This document shows, piece after piece, positions 1 to 12,786 of a DNA stretch of 62,074 nucleotides. The stretch covers positions 1 to 62,074 of the forward strand of contig UYFQ01000350.1 of NCBI GenBank assembly GCA_900617105.1, in the 5' to 3' direction. The position numbers and the translations under genes are program-made. Each line of letters opens with the position of its first letter. Within the stretch, counting starts at the first letter, position 1. The notes beneath the pieces were generated by a model. That model did no database searches. It worked only from the letters and a program-made list of their open reading frames with translations, and was not told the DNA's origin. Source of the stretch: Hydrurus foetidus. Lineage: Eukaryota.

Positions 1-933
1 GTGGGTTGCTTTCTTGGTGCCGCTGTCCACTTTTCGCGGTACCGGCGTCGGTGGAGATAAAGCTTGTTGGACAGTTCGCGTAAGTAGCGCTGCGAATGCA
101 GGAGATTGAAAATAATCTGGCGCTGTGATTGCTGCGATGGTACTTGCTACATAACCCACATCTGCTGCAGTGGTCGTAAAGTTGGGTGCTTATTGAGCGA
201 TATGAGTGGTCAGTGCGGCAAAGGTTTGCTCTCCGATGAGTGGTGTGCTGATAAGATACGACTCGTATGCAGCTCTCATGTTGGTGTGATGGGCGATTGC
301 ATTTCTGAAGTACTTGCATTTCTGGTATTCGGAAAATGCCTGGTTGGACGTCTGAAACTGGTCATGAATTTGACGATGGCGTGCTAAGATGCCTGAGATG
401 GTGTCCGTAGTTATCATTGTAGTTTACAATGTGAGAGTTAACTGAGTGTAATCTGTATCCAGTGTGCCATGTAATATGGTGATATGTGCCAATAGCTGTT
501 CTGGTGTGACATGTAAGAACGCGGTTGTTGGGTTTCTCAAAATAGCAATGTCGTCGGCAGCTACGCTGGTGATCAACCGGAGCTTCAGAGCGTCGTACAT
601 TTCTCGTATAATTTTGTTGATTTTTGCGTTCCTGTCCCATGCAGACTGTTGTGCTGTCGTTGCTGCAGCTGTTAGTGGGATAAATTCTGCTAGAATTGGT
701 TTGGCTGCAATTGTGACAATATTCGGTAGGTCGTCAGGTTGTTCGGTGATAACTGTGTTTCCCGGTCGTTGTGCCCACGCTGAATCTGATAATATGAAGC
801 CGAGCAACCTTTGCCTGCTGTAAGTGTTGCATGCTTGACCGTACGCCTCTATTAGAGAACTGCGCCAGTTGAAGAAATTTTGCTTCGCGTTACTGTGCAG
901 GTTGATTGGAGTCGCAGCCTCCATTGTTGACAT
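1..933 (-). pseudogene. Decayed gag-like ORF of a probable LTR (Copia-like) retrotransposon, running off the left edge
   Basis: ORFs 424-933 and 190-417 share one frame, separated by TAA at 424-426. A second TAA at 190-192 is followed by open frame to the window edge. No introns. 'NFFNWRSSL...MYDALKLRLITSV...EQLLAHITILHG' resembles retrotransposon gag helices. No pol or LTR pair is visible. Confidence 0.55.
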
Positions 934-2139
934 TTAATCAGAACTGTTGATCGCGTTCTGGAACAAATAACGCGTCGAACGAATTTCACTATTCGACGAG
1001 TGTTCTGATTAAATTATGATCGTCGACATGTCGTGGTATCCTAGCTTCATGCGATCAGATGGCTGTGAATGGCAGAAAGAAAAAAGGTAGTGATTGCATT
1101 TCGTGCGGTAGTGTGTAAATTTGTATGCGTACACATCTTATGCCGCCGGTTATGAACAGGAATACCACCATGGGTACTAACGAGGATTGAGAGGTTTGTG
1201 TAGTATTTAGGATACCCATATCCTCTACAGCTTCCTCTTCCTCTTCCTCCTCGTTGTTGTAGACGGGACGGGGAATCGAATTCCCATCAGCGTCGTAGCA
1301 TTGATCTACATAATTTTCAGCCATGTCTCTTTAAAGACTATGCTCTGATATAAATCACCTTTTATCCAGCCGAAGACGCAAGCCCCTCGTCAAGAAAAGT
1401 GCTAGAGCTTCGCCTCATTAGTAAAAGGGATATTTCACGCAAGTAACAGCGAATAACGAAATTTCAACCAACTCTTGTTGCGAAAAGTTCTACGGCGTGA
1501 AAGCGGATTTTCGAGTGGAGAAATTTTTAGGGTCCCGCTAAGGATGAAGGAAGAACTCCTCGTCGACCCAAAGATGTCCTCAGACTAATCTGATGTCTCT
1601 GGCAATGAATTCGACGTTCAAATTGCAAGCGGAGAGCTCCTTACTTACGAGTTGGGAAGGATCTTTCGACTTCAGCCAAACACGAACTGTTGGAAATACC
1701 AAATCGTTGGGTTCCAAGGAAAAAGGTTGAGCCCAACTTTCGCTAACTTAAACTACGTTGTCGGAGCACGGCTCAGCGAAAAAACGACTCGAAAGTCGGC
1801 GAGTAGTCGTACTCAGCGGGAAGTCTTAGCTAAAATTTGGCCGAGTAGATTGGGAAAGGATAGCAGAATTCAGATTTCGGAGGTTAATAGCGCTATTGTG
1901 GTCCGAGGAAGGGTAGGAAATGGAGTGGAGGTTGTAGTTAGTTTACAGGAGCTATGCTAGAAGCTAAGTAGGTTAACTTCTACGTGGAAGCTATAAGTGG
2001 CTACGACGATACAACAGTCTGTAGTGTGCAGTAGTAGTACCCGGTAGGTCGGTACCCGGTAGGATCCGGTATAGTCGGTACCCGGTAGGACCGGGACCTT
2101 GGCCCGGTACTATCACACTACCCCTACCACCTCCATCAG

Positions 2140-4650
2140 CACTAATCCAACTTATCGGGGAACTCCGCCCCGAAAATGACCACTGAGATGTCATACCGCA
2201 CGAAGCCCTCGATCTCCCAATTGACACCTTCATCCAGATCACCCCACACCATCTCCGAGATAGGATCTACCAGCTATTCCGAGACAGCTCCTCCGGTCAA
2301 ACTGGATGATCCTACGCTGCCCTGACGGACATTGCTGACGATCGCTGGGACCCTGGCTTCAGTGCGCTAAGAACTCCTTCGACCCTTCTCCATTATGCCC
2401 TTACTAAGCTCTTAACAAGATGCTTCACGGTGAAATAAATGGTACTGCGCGTAATCTGCTATTTGCAGCCCACCTCAATATGGTTCGAAAGAACAGTAAT
2501 AAATACCGTCCCATACGTATTTTTTGTGCTGTTCGCCGATTGTTTGGTGCTGTTGCCTCTGATATTGCTCGCAAAGTGGTTGGCCCTGGTCTACAATCCA
2601 TACAGACCGGAGGCGGCCTTCGTCCACCCGGATGGTGGACGTCGCACACCACCAAGAGGATGCCCTTAATGCCGTGGATGTAGCCAATGCGCTCAACACA
2701 GTACGCCACGGTCCCAACTTCTCCGCTATTCTAGACCGTTACAGCCCCATTGCTCGTTTCTTCCGTTAAAAGTACGGCACCTCATCTGAGATATGAGACC
2801 ACTTCGGTCACATCATAGTTTACACCAGGGCTGGAGTGGGTTAAGGCGACCCCTGGGGCGGTTTCTTTTTTGAACTCGGCTATCAGGCTGCCTTTCATCA
2901 CCTAGGGTCGCGTACAATCGCTCTCACTGGTCTCAGCCTCTTCTTAGGTCCCGCCACGTAGTAGCCTATGAGGATGACACCCGGGTAATGGGGCCTCCTG
3001 CTTTGATGTTCCGCATTGCACCATCTATCGCACCTATACTTGCAGAGCACGGGTTCTACATGAACATTGATACAAGCTATATTACTGGACTTGACACTGA
3101 TGTTCTCGACGATCAACCCAACGACTTCAATATCCATCCCGATGGCCTCGTCATACCGGGGGTACCGACTAGCCGTTACACCTTCCATCAGACCAAAGCC
3201 CGTCAGATCCTCACTGACATAGGTCCACCAACCGCGGTACTCTCCCTACTGAGTCCTCGAACAGCTCTGCACCTTCTGATCCAGTATTACAACTCTAGGC
3301 CATCATAACACCTCCGTACTGTCCCTGACTTCTCCGCCATCGCTCCCTATGCACATAACTTCAACAAATCGATGAGCGACGTAGTGGCTTTAGTTGTACA
3401 GACTACACGTTCCGACGACTTTTGGACTCGCTGCTACTTGCCTCGCAAGTTCGGCGGGCTTGGTCTCACTCGACACGACGGTATGGCAACAGAAAAGTGC
3501 CAGATTTTGTCTCGCCTTGCCTTCTTTGACTTCCTAGCCCTTCACCACCCCTATGAATATCAGATCATTTTCAGCCTGAGAAAGGTTTCCCATAGCAGGT
3601 ACTTAGACCACTATATCATCTAGCGCTAGATGGTATAGTGGTCTACGTACCAGCTATTGGAAACCATCCTCAGGCTGACATCATTAATAATTATTTCAGC
3701 AGAAGTGATATTCACCTAGGGCACCAAGAGGCACTGGCAGACCACACTGGTCCCTCTGAAGAGATCATGCTCTCTCTCACTACCCCAACAGCTCGAAGCA
3801 CTGTGACCACGGGGAAGAACCTCGCCTTCAAGAAGCAGAGCAAAGACCTTCATAGCCAACTTCCTCATCTCACAGCAGCATGCAGCATGGATGCTCGGCT
3901 CCACCAGCTCCATCCACACCTCCATCGGATTAGGTTCCGAGGGCCTGTTCCGTGTGTGTGCCTTCGACGCCTCTGAGGACGCCCTACACGCCTTCAGCTG
4001 TGGTCTCAACAAGGGCTTCAGGAACATCCGTCACGACTCCATCCGCAATAAGCTCTACAGGCTTATCAAGAGACTTAAGCCGGATATCCAACAGACCCAC
4101 CTCAGCATGGAGTACGTAGTCGGTCAAATCAACAACGGTGGTGACGATCCACGTAGTGCCCGTACTGACATTAAGTACGTCAAGAGCGCCGACACCTTCT
4201 CCATCGACGTCGTCATCGACGACCCTGTCGCACCGATGTACATTCAGGGTCCTATCTTCTCCCACCTGACACGAGACGGAGCCGCATCCAGGTGCGAACG
4301 GATCAAGCGCCAGCACTACGCTAGAGTTAATACTCCAGCACCCCTCCTCGCTAGATCCGTGATGCCCTTGGCCATTGAGGCTACCGGACGGCTTGGTCCC
4401 TCCGCCCTTCCCTTCCTCCACTCACTTTGTGGTACACAGACATTTTCTCGCTCTAATTTCCTCAAAGACGAAAACCTCATTTGTGTCCGTATGGCCAGGC
4501 GAATGTTCAGGACGATCTGCGACCAGTTCCAGGTTCCAGGGGCTCCATCAAGGAGTACTTCTGTCACCTATACACGGCTGGTCAATTTTATTTAGTGCAA
4601 ACTTCTTTGATGTTAGTACATACTTTCAATTTCAAACTATGTAAACTCAA
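2140..4650 (+). mobile_element. Degenerate, 5'-truncated non-LTR retrotransposon with RT and C-terminal restriction-like endonuclease (CRE/R2-type architecture)
   Basis: Motifs occur in order across broken frames: SSSGQTG* (~2290), YRPIRIFCAVRRL, AVDVANALN (~2680), GVG*GDPWG (QGDP, ~2845), VAYEDD (~2970), LPRKFGGLGL, CAFDASEDALHAFSC (degenerate zinc knuckle), RHDSIR, RTDI...IDVVI...ERIKRQHY...PLAIEATGRLG. Several stops and frameshifts. Ends are approximate. Confidence 0.88.
3570..3679. mobile_element. 110-bp fold-back (MITE-like) insertion with 6-bp target-site duplication ATCATT
   Basis: Loop-less imperfect palindrome centred at 3624/3625 (CATCTAGC|GCTAGATG), flanked by ATCATT at 3564-3569 and 3680-3685. 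Removing 116 bp joins ORFs 3372-3623 and 3638-3976 in frame (HHPYEYQII-NNYFSRSD). Confidence 0.9.
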
Positions 4651-5618
4651 AAATTTTCTTGGTTGTGCGCGGGGGGAAGGGGCTGATGGCTGATGTCCGG
4701 GCAGAGGAGAGTAGCACTGTCCGTCTACAGAATACAGAACATCTAGTCATAGTACGTATTAGTGACACTACATCACATGTTTCTTTTCGCTGTTACATAT
4801 GAGACCAGAGATGATGCTCCTGTGTAGAATGCAAACATTCTCGAACATACAGAATCATCGGCATACGCTGCACGTCAATTCGACAGCGTTGAAAAAACAG
4901 CGAATAAAATGATGTATAGCCTCCAACTGATTGATTTAATTATACAAGAATCATGCAGCTTTTAGGACACATGAAAATATGCCGCATCATAATAAACGAG
5001 CAGGAAGATGAGAGGACGACCTAGCATAAGAATCAAGTACACAGTTGTAGCTTCAACTTAAACTCCTACTTCTGCCATTGAAGTCGAATAATTTCGCGAT
5101 AAGGATGTCAACATGTTCGTCAATTGTACTGTGCTGCTCCTCACTGTGTTGCGTGTTGAAGCGCCGTGTGGCGGATACACAGCGTGGAAGTTAATTCGTT
5201 GAAATGAGCAGAGCCGGGTAACACGTGTCATTGAGGGTCTGTGCACTGTACTGTGTACTGCGTGTTGTGAACACGGGTATCGCAGTTACTCATGTGCAGT
5301 AAAGACCTCGGATAGAGTCTTCAAAAGCAGATGAGGAGTAATTACGTACGTTCGCAGGTGCCTTGTGGTGTTGGCGTGGTCCTCACTATCACGCCGTTCA
5401 GTGCAATGTAGTGCGATGCGATGTAGTGCAGTGCTAGGAGGTACTGAATAGATAATTTGAGCCAGCTCATAAAATTAGATGATTAGGTGAATTTCGAGAG
5501 GTATCTCGTGTCAACCCTAACCGATACACTGAGTGGTGGACTGGGCAGGAGTGGTCAGTCACAGCAGCAGTTACGGTCACAGCAACAGCAACAGTCACAG
5601 TCACAGTTAGGGTCACAG

Positions 5619-6639
5619 TCAGAGACGCCTCTCCCCTCCCTGATGACTCATCGATCCTACTCCTGGTCCTAATCCTATTCCTATTCCCGATCCTGATCGG
5701 ACATGACTACGTCTGTTGCTCTTCTCTTCATTCTCCTCGTCTCTCATAACTTTCTTGTAGACGTAGCGGCCGCGTAGAAATCTAGCGTCCCCGGTTTCTA
5801 TCAACTGCCGCCCAAAATCTCTCACGAAGGAATAGATGTAGAAAGCCATTCCAATACCAGCCTAAAGTGGCGATATCAGAGAAAAGAAAGAAGGATTTCA
5901 GGTGCTGGTGATGGGAAAAATCGCTTCACGTGCATGCAGTCAATTGCCATTCTGAACGGGATATACAAAAAATAAATGAGGAGAACTGGATCAAGAGGTT
6001 TTTCTCACCATTGTTGCCACAAAGCCTGATGGCATGAATGCTGCTCCTATACCGTAGTGACACGCCATGAGCACCATGACAATCAGCGATACGAATAAAG
6101 GCACCAAAATATAAAATGCCTCAATAGCAACATTCTCCCTTTTATAATCGATCATATGTCCTATACCTACATGACAAGAATACATTAGTTAGCTGTTGGC
6201 AGTGCAGCTGCTTTTGGTCATTATCTGGTGTAGATGCTGATCATCGAACGGTTGTTATGTGCTAAAACGAGCTAATCATCATTTGATAAGACTGGAGGTT
6301 CTATTTCACACGAAATATGCACCAGATGGAGTTTCATGCGATAAAACCATTCCCCACATGAGACAGCGCAGAGTATTTACACGCCATTCATGTAAGTTGT
6401 GATCTGATGTTGCTGAATGGGAAGACAGTTCTCAATTGATGTAACGTCGCGTTACCGAGCAGAATAAAGACGACGCCGATGCTTCCCGAGACTCCCAAAC
6501 AGAGGAAACTCTTGCTTCTAGCATAACCGGCGAAAGAACCACAGACATAAATAATTCCATAGGGAATTGTGAAGTAGAAGTAAGCACCCTTCTTGATGGG
6601 TTCCAAAACTTTCAGAAATTTAGTTTTTCGGTATGACAT
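5619..6639 (-). CDS. TMEM14-like small multi-pass membrane protein, 3 exons (6639-6456, 6166-6009, 5861-5619)
   Basis: GT-AG introns with consistent phases. 'IPYGIIYVCGSFAGYARSKSFLCLGVSGSIG' resembles the TMEM14 first helices, and 'FMPSGFVA' resembles the conserved FMP-G motif. About four hydrophobic segments. Confidence 0.72.
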
Positions 6640-7068
6640 GTTGAATTCTAAAATTAGCCCCCCAAAAGCAACTGGTAACAACGCTCCTGATCTTGGCGAA
6701 GGTGTTGCCAGTACGCAGGTGTATTTCTGCCAGACGGAGCTTACTTCAGTTGAGATTCTTCGGAGATCGAGACGACCGTCCAGGTTACGAAACTGATACT
6801 GCGAGGTTCAGGCTACCCAGAGTAGGCTATTACCGCGCAACTGTGAACGAGAGAGCATGAAAAATTCACGACATTGCTACCATAGGTGTGTTATATATTA
6901 TACAGCAGTCAGCTTCATCCCTTTGTGACGATGTGATGACTTGAATGCAGTGAGTGAGGTCTCAATGCTGTCCTGTTGCAGTTATGAAGGCGGCTTTTCT
7001 TTCCCCGTTATGAAGGCACGTGATAGATCTCAGAACAGTTAAAGGCATCAATAATTGGCCTCTGCATA

Positions 7069-9037
7069 ATGACGACACATCGTAAAGGGATCTGTGGCAC
7101 ATTCTCGGCTATGAGGAGCGGTATCTTTGATGAAAGACCTCTCTACTGCGACTCAGAAGCAATTATATCGAAGAGCATCATAAGAGAGCCCATAGAGGGA
7201 TTAGCAAGAGACCGTTGGAATGTCCGCAAGATGAAAAACGAGCAATCAGATGAGATGGTGGCTTTTTATGAGAAACAGAAGAAAACGTTGGAGAGGATGA
7301 AGAGTCGCTTCAACAATTCGGTGATTGACCTGGTGACCAATATTTTCCTGACTACAAGGTGAGTAGAAGAGAATCCATGCCAGGAGATTCTGAGGGTCTG
7401 GTGTGTTCTTTGCTTCATTGTCATGACTTCCAGCGCATTTCTTTCAAATGAAAAATCATTTTAGATTAGTGAAGATGTGTGTGCAGAAACATTGGAGGGC
7501 TCACAGAGTTATTCGCTGTAATTTATTCCAAGCAAAACTCGGTCACGAGTGTCGTCACTGCTGAGCTTTTCTAGAATACAATTTGTAGCATGTCCTGCAG
7601 TACATTGCATACCATCTAAGTGAAGTAGGAATCTTCTCAGACCTGCTATTTCTGTATTACATTAACAGATGGTCTAACCCGGAGCTGTCATCTGCCGTTC
7701 AAAGGCTGGTCGTGCTGCTGTGCCTCGACATGCTGGGACTGGGACACAAAGCACATCTTTTAGAGGGTAAAATGGATAATGAAAAGAACGATGCAGGGTT
7801 ACGCAATAAATGCACTAATATCGCTAGTAATAATTGCACAGCAAATAATGAAACAAAAATTAAAATGATCTATAAAATTAAAAATTTGAAAGAACGGAAT
7901 AAGAAAAATCTCATGGCTGCTTGGACAGAAAAAGCGGCCGGGACGAAATTTGAAAAAATGTATCTCGAGATTAATGAAATGTTATTTAAGCTTGATAAAT
8001 TGATCAAAGATGGAAATATGAAAATTGATGCGAGAGAAATAAAAACAATTAGAAACTCACAAAATTGTAAAAAGAAAAACGAAAGTGACCTAGAGTGGGT
8101 GGTGAAAAAGAATTTCGGTGAAAAAGACAGATTCGGAACTGTTTGGTATCATGCCATGAAAGGAGATTTAGACATTTTAAAAAGGTTATTTTCAAATATT
8201 GAAACTATCGAAGATGGTACTGCACCTGCCATTAAAAATGAAATATTAAATGATAGAGATAGATTTCATGGTGGGCATCATATCACGAGGTTGGAAATTG
8301 TTGGATCTATATTTCCAGCGTTATCTGGTAGGGACGTCACTAAAAAAGGGAGGATAAATGAAATAGAAAATCCTACAAATTTTCCTAGTCAGGATGAGGA
8401 CATAGAAAAAAATGGAAAAAAAGAAATAGATGTCACAGATGAAAAGAAAAATAGGAAACAAACAAGCTGTAGCGGAGAGGGTTTGAGTCATGAACATCAG
8501 GAACTGTGCCACATGCGACATACACAAAATGAAGATAACGAAAAATGCAGAGACGGAAAAAATAAATTAAATGCAAAAAAAGATACATCCCTTTCTTCAG
8601 CAAAGAACTCACCCACAAACAGCAAAACCGATGAAAACGAAACTATATGTGCGATCCGTCCCCTTCCTATTCTGTCAGAATTCAGGCTACTGGAAGTGAG
8701 AAAGAGTCTCCTACTTAATTTACGGAGTGACGTCATCAGAACTGTGGATCAGAAGGATCGAGATTTCCTAAGGACACCGCTGCACTATGCGTGTAAGTAC
8801 AACCGTTACGCAGTGGTGAAATTTTTGCTGGACATTGGTGCGGATTGCAATATCACGGATTTAGACGGGAAATCGTGTTTGCATTTCTCTGCCGCGTATG
8901 GGACTAAAAACACGGTTTTTGAGTTACTGAGCAGAGGTGCTGTCATCGATTCAAAAGATTCGAAAGGACGGATTCCGCTCGATTACAGTGAATTGCAGCA
9001 GAATAAAGATACTTTTTATGCGTTAACTAATTGGTGA
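7069..9037 (+). CDS. Ankyrin-repeat protein (spliced; exon 7069-7358, large exon ~7669-9033, last exon uncertain)
   Basis: 'RTPLHYACKYNRYAVVKFLLDIGADCN', 'GKSCLHFSAAYGTKNTVFELLSRGA' and 'GRIPLDYS' are canonical ankyrin repeats. Donor AG|GTGAGT at ~7358. Confidence 0.8.
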
Positions 9038-9661
9038 CGTTGGTTTTTTCACTTTTTGAAGATTGAATGGAAAGAGTGTGCACATGAAAAACGAAAAGAC
9101 AAGATAGCGAATTGATGATGTCTGGAGATGAGAGTAGCAGCACAGAACGTAATACCTTTTACCATTCAGTGCTATTGAATCTGAGGAGGAAAGATGTTAT
9201 CTCCAGTACAGAAAGTATTAGAATATAATTCGATGCAACGTGATAGCCCTTCTTCAAGATTCAAAACCGCTTCTTGACCAACGAAACCGAGCACATTAAA
9301 ACTGTTGGTTTCATGAACTAGCCGACAATATAATGGCTTAGCACTGGTGAGGAACACATTTTATGTGGATAATATGATTTGTGAGTGATATCGTCACAAC
9401 AATTTAATCGGACTTCTGAATTTCTGCGCCTGTCTGCAAGACGACCACCGACGGCCCAATTATCAGATTATTAGATGCCATTTAAGATATTCTGAGGGCG
9501 GGTAGCTATATGGTCTTCGGCAATAGCTCTCAGATGAAGAGTGAGAGTGGTTCCATCGCCACCTATTCGACTGCTCCAATCTACAATCCCATTGAATCTG
9601 TCTTCTGCTATCTCTTCAATGTCATAATTAACCAGCTGGAGAAGTACCAGGATCGTATAGT

Positions 9662-10501
9662 ATGAACGAATATTCAACGTCTCATGACGCCGAGTCTTCA
9701 GCAACGCGTGTCAACGCCGAGATAATAATGGACGCTGGAGACAAGCCCCGCAGTAGGATGAGCACTTGCTGCGATCAGGAGTCTTGCGGCGACCCCTTAT
9801 CAAAAATAGCCGACGACGTCCACGTAAAACTCTTGCGAATATTTGGGGCGCTTACTGTCATATTCTCTATCATCGAAGCAATTATCGGCATCCTCATCTA
9901 CAAATTCACGGTCAACTACACGCTAGGTGCATGGTGGATTTCAATTCTAGCTTTTCTTGCAGGTGCCTGCGCGACAGGCACCAAAAGTCGTGGATGGGTC
10001 ACTGGCGCGTGTGTCTTGGCCACTGCTTCTGTTGCAGTCACACTTATCGGATCCATCATGGACAGCATTGCAGCGTCGATATTGATTGATCTATCCGCCT
10101 GTGTCAGCAAGGATAGCAACAATCTGAAGCAGAACTACGGCAACTCGCGGGACTACTCTAGAGCGGACGATTGTATTTTGTTGGATGGAACCTCGCACGT
10201 TGTTGACGGATGCTACTGTGTAACCGATAGGGGCAATTATTGCGGGCAGTTCACTATATCTTCGTTCTCGAGGAATTACGGCATGGGCTGCAAGAATGTG
10301 ATCGATACGTTTCCCAAGATGCTTGTCTCCTCAGCTGCTGCCACTGTGCTGACGCTGGCCTGTGTCATCGCTGTTGCGGTGGTGTCATGCGTAGTTCTAT
10401 GCTGTCCAACGAGATCTTCTCTCATCCAATATCCCGCCAAGGATCCTGAGGTTGGAGAAGATGACATAGTAGTATACAAGAACACATACGACAAATATTG
10501 A
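9662..10501 (+). CDS. Intronless four-transmembrane protein with Cys-rich large loop (tetraspanin/CD20-like topology)
   Basis: 279-aa ORF with three N-terminal hydrophobic helices, a loop with multiple Cys, a fourth helix and a short Cys-containing tail. Confidence 0.72.
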   Translation: MNEYSTSHDAESSATRVNAEIIMDAGDKPRSRMSTCCDQESCGDPLSKIADDVHVKLLRIFGALTVIFSIIEAIIGILIYKFTVNYTLGAWWISILAFLAGACATGTKSRGWVTGACVLATASVAVTLIGSIMDSIAASILIDLSACVSKDSNNLKQNYGNSRDYSRADDCILLDGTSHVVDGCYCVTDRGNYCGQFTISSFSRNYGMGCKNVIDTFPKMLVSSAAATVLTLACVIAVAVVSCVVLCCPTRSSLIQYPAKDPEVGEDDIVVYKNTYDKY

Positions 10502-11926
10502 GAGTATTTGTATTCCTTAGACTTATATGACTTCCAAGAGTACCTCTATTCTAGACGTATTCTGTGGCAGCGCTGTTGTATTTCGTACTAGCCGGCCCAA
10601 CCCGGCCAAACAGACGACACTATTATCCAGCTCTTCAACATCGACTGAACAAACCTATTACAATGAACCTTGTTCTCCAAGATACAGCACTCCATTAGAT
10701 ACTCTACTCTACGTCCATCCGTCCGTCTATGACGTACCCTCATCCTCATTCTTTTATTGCAGTAATCAGGACACTGAGCGAAATTCGACACGCTATCCTC
10801 CTTGCATTTTTCATGTTTCTATAGCGCTATTTTTCTGTCAGTCAGTATTGCTTCGATGCACTGCGTGGAACGTGTATATGTATTTTAACTTGAATTCCTT
10901 CACTCGTCTGTTTTACGAGCAACACTTCCTGTTGAAGAAAAATTGTATAATTTAACGGACTTCATAATTTTCGTAAGACGGAACACTTTTAGCCACACGA
11001 CATTCTTTCATGGACACTCGCCTAGACCGCTGTCCTCCAACAGTGATGCCACCTCATACTCTTGACATAACAAACGGTGTCAGAAATGAGACTTCGCAAG
11101 ATCCTCGTTGGAGTGAAAGCGCATCTATCAAAGGGACAACGCATAACTTGTCCCACTACAGGACGACAGCGCTGCTAATTTGCAGCTGAGCACATTCGAT
11201 TTACGGCAATCAACGATGAAGTAGTCCAGCCCTTGTAAAACTACCCTGAATGACGTACTAATTTTAAATGCGTCCCTATTTCTATTTCTATTTCTGTTTC
11301 CTCAGTGACCATGTTCCGTAAATTAGTACATAGATCTTCACGAGATAAGAATAGAGGCACAGGTAGCCATGTCCTGTCCTGTCCTGTCCTGTCCCTATCT
11401 CTCTTTCACATTATGTTGTCAAGTTGTCGAAATCACAACTAAAGAGGAACAGTATGTTTCCGAACTCGAATATGACCGCTGAGAACAACGTAAATCACTC
11501 TATTTTCGTCAAATTCGCTTCAAGAAAATCCCCAAAACTGCTGCCTGTTTTGTATTCGGCAACACCCACTTCTGGGAGAAGGTCTTATTACCCTGCCCAT
11601 CCCTGGTCCCATTGATTGCTCTGCTCTGCGCGGTAGACCGATAAAATGAGAAAAGTCCTTTCTGGTGAAAACTGTATGTTCCGATCTATTTTCTAATATG
11701 CGCTGATCGCTTTGTGCAGCAAAACGGCCGTAGGAGAAAAACTGCATGGGACTAAAAGTCGACCCCACCCGCAACAAATATCTTAGGTAGTAAGAAATAA
11801 GAAGTACGTGGCTGTGACTATATGTAACACATGTATGTATGTACGTATGCACAAAGTGAGAGTAAGTTTTTGGAAGTGATCCATAAATTTTTTAGCGGGA
11901 GAATGCCCACTCTCAGTCAGCCCCAC

Positions 11927-12075
11927 CGACTGACTGACTGAGTGACTGACTGACTGACTGACTGACTGACTGACTGACTGACTGACTGACTGACTGACTG
12001 ACTGACTGACTGACTGACTGACTGACTGACTGACTGACTGACTGATGCACTGACTGATGACTGACTGACTGACTG
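11927..12075. repeat. (GACT)n tetranucleotide microsatellite
   Basis: Directly visible tandem array. Confidence 0.97.
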
Positions 12076-12298
12076 TGCCTGTGTTCATGTATTCTCTTTT
12101 AGTAGTGTTACAATGTAATGCAAGGGAGGGAAGGGGGGCGGGGAAGTGGAGGGGGCGGGCAGGAGGGGAGGGGCGGGAAGGGAAAAGAGGGATGGGGGAG
12201 AGGGAAGAGGAGGGTTAGAGAGGTTTCAGGATTACTACTCGCAACGAGTTGTACGGAGTATTTTCAAATACACAATTTATACATATTTAAGTTGTGTA

Positions 12299-12388
12299 CA
12301 CATATTTTATCACAAGGGTAAGAACTGTTTTGGTTTGTTCAGTGCCTGCTGTTCTGTACTGCAGATATTGTTGTTTCATGTGACGGGA
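12299..12388 (+). repeat. Dispersed ~90-bp repeat, copy 1
   Basis: 12319-12380 is identical over 62 bp to 45886-45947 (TAAGAACTGTTTTGG...TTGTTTCATG), with similar flanks. Confidence 0.92.
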
Positions 12389-12786
12389 TGGAAAGGGATA
12401 TCATGTGATGTGACGTCATCTAAGACGATGTCATATGACTTCGCTATCCTCTCTCTCACGGTGTGCTGTGCCAGAGCTCTGCAATGCTGATCATCCTCGT
12501 GCTGATCACATGTAGTCTTATCCATCTTATCTTAATGACCTTCAGCTCTCCGTTCTCGTAGACTGATGTCCATATTCTTATAGACAGAACAGCACAGCAC
12601 AGCATGGAATAGAACGCCTGCCACACCACGCACCTGAGAATATCAGGGTAACAAACAACCTCGACCCCTGACCTCCCCCGATACATCTCATCTCATGTCT
12701 CATCTATATCCACTACGTCTCCACTAAAAAAAACACAACATAGCACTAAATCTCCACTAAATAGCACAAAATAGCACTATATTGTT

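Noticed and set aside
932..1014. Hammerhead ribozyme (CTGTTGA...GAAC)
   Set aside because: The core deviates from CUGANGA/GAAA/UH, stem I is out of register, and it is antisense to gag.
1322..1352. Small hairpin and a TATCAGAGC primer-binding-site-like motif on the minus strand
   Set aside because: It lacks the TGG start and an adjacent LTR end, and no TSD surrounds the hairpin.
190..3310. In-frame TAA/TGA in the retroelement ORFs as genetic-code reassignment
   Set aside because: They are confined to decayed elements that also carry frameshifts. Host genes have long clean exons and end in TAA or TGA.
11520..11852. Possible terminal USP exon
   Set aside because: The exon at ~12916-12787 splices in phase and already supplies a stop codon.
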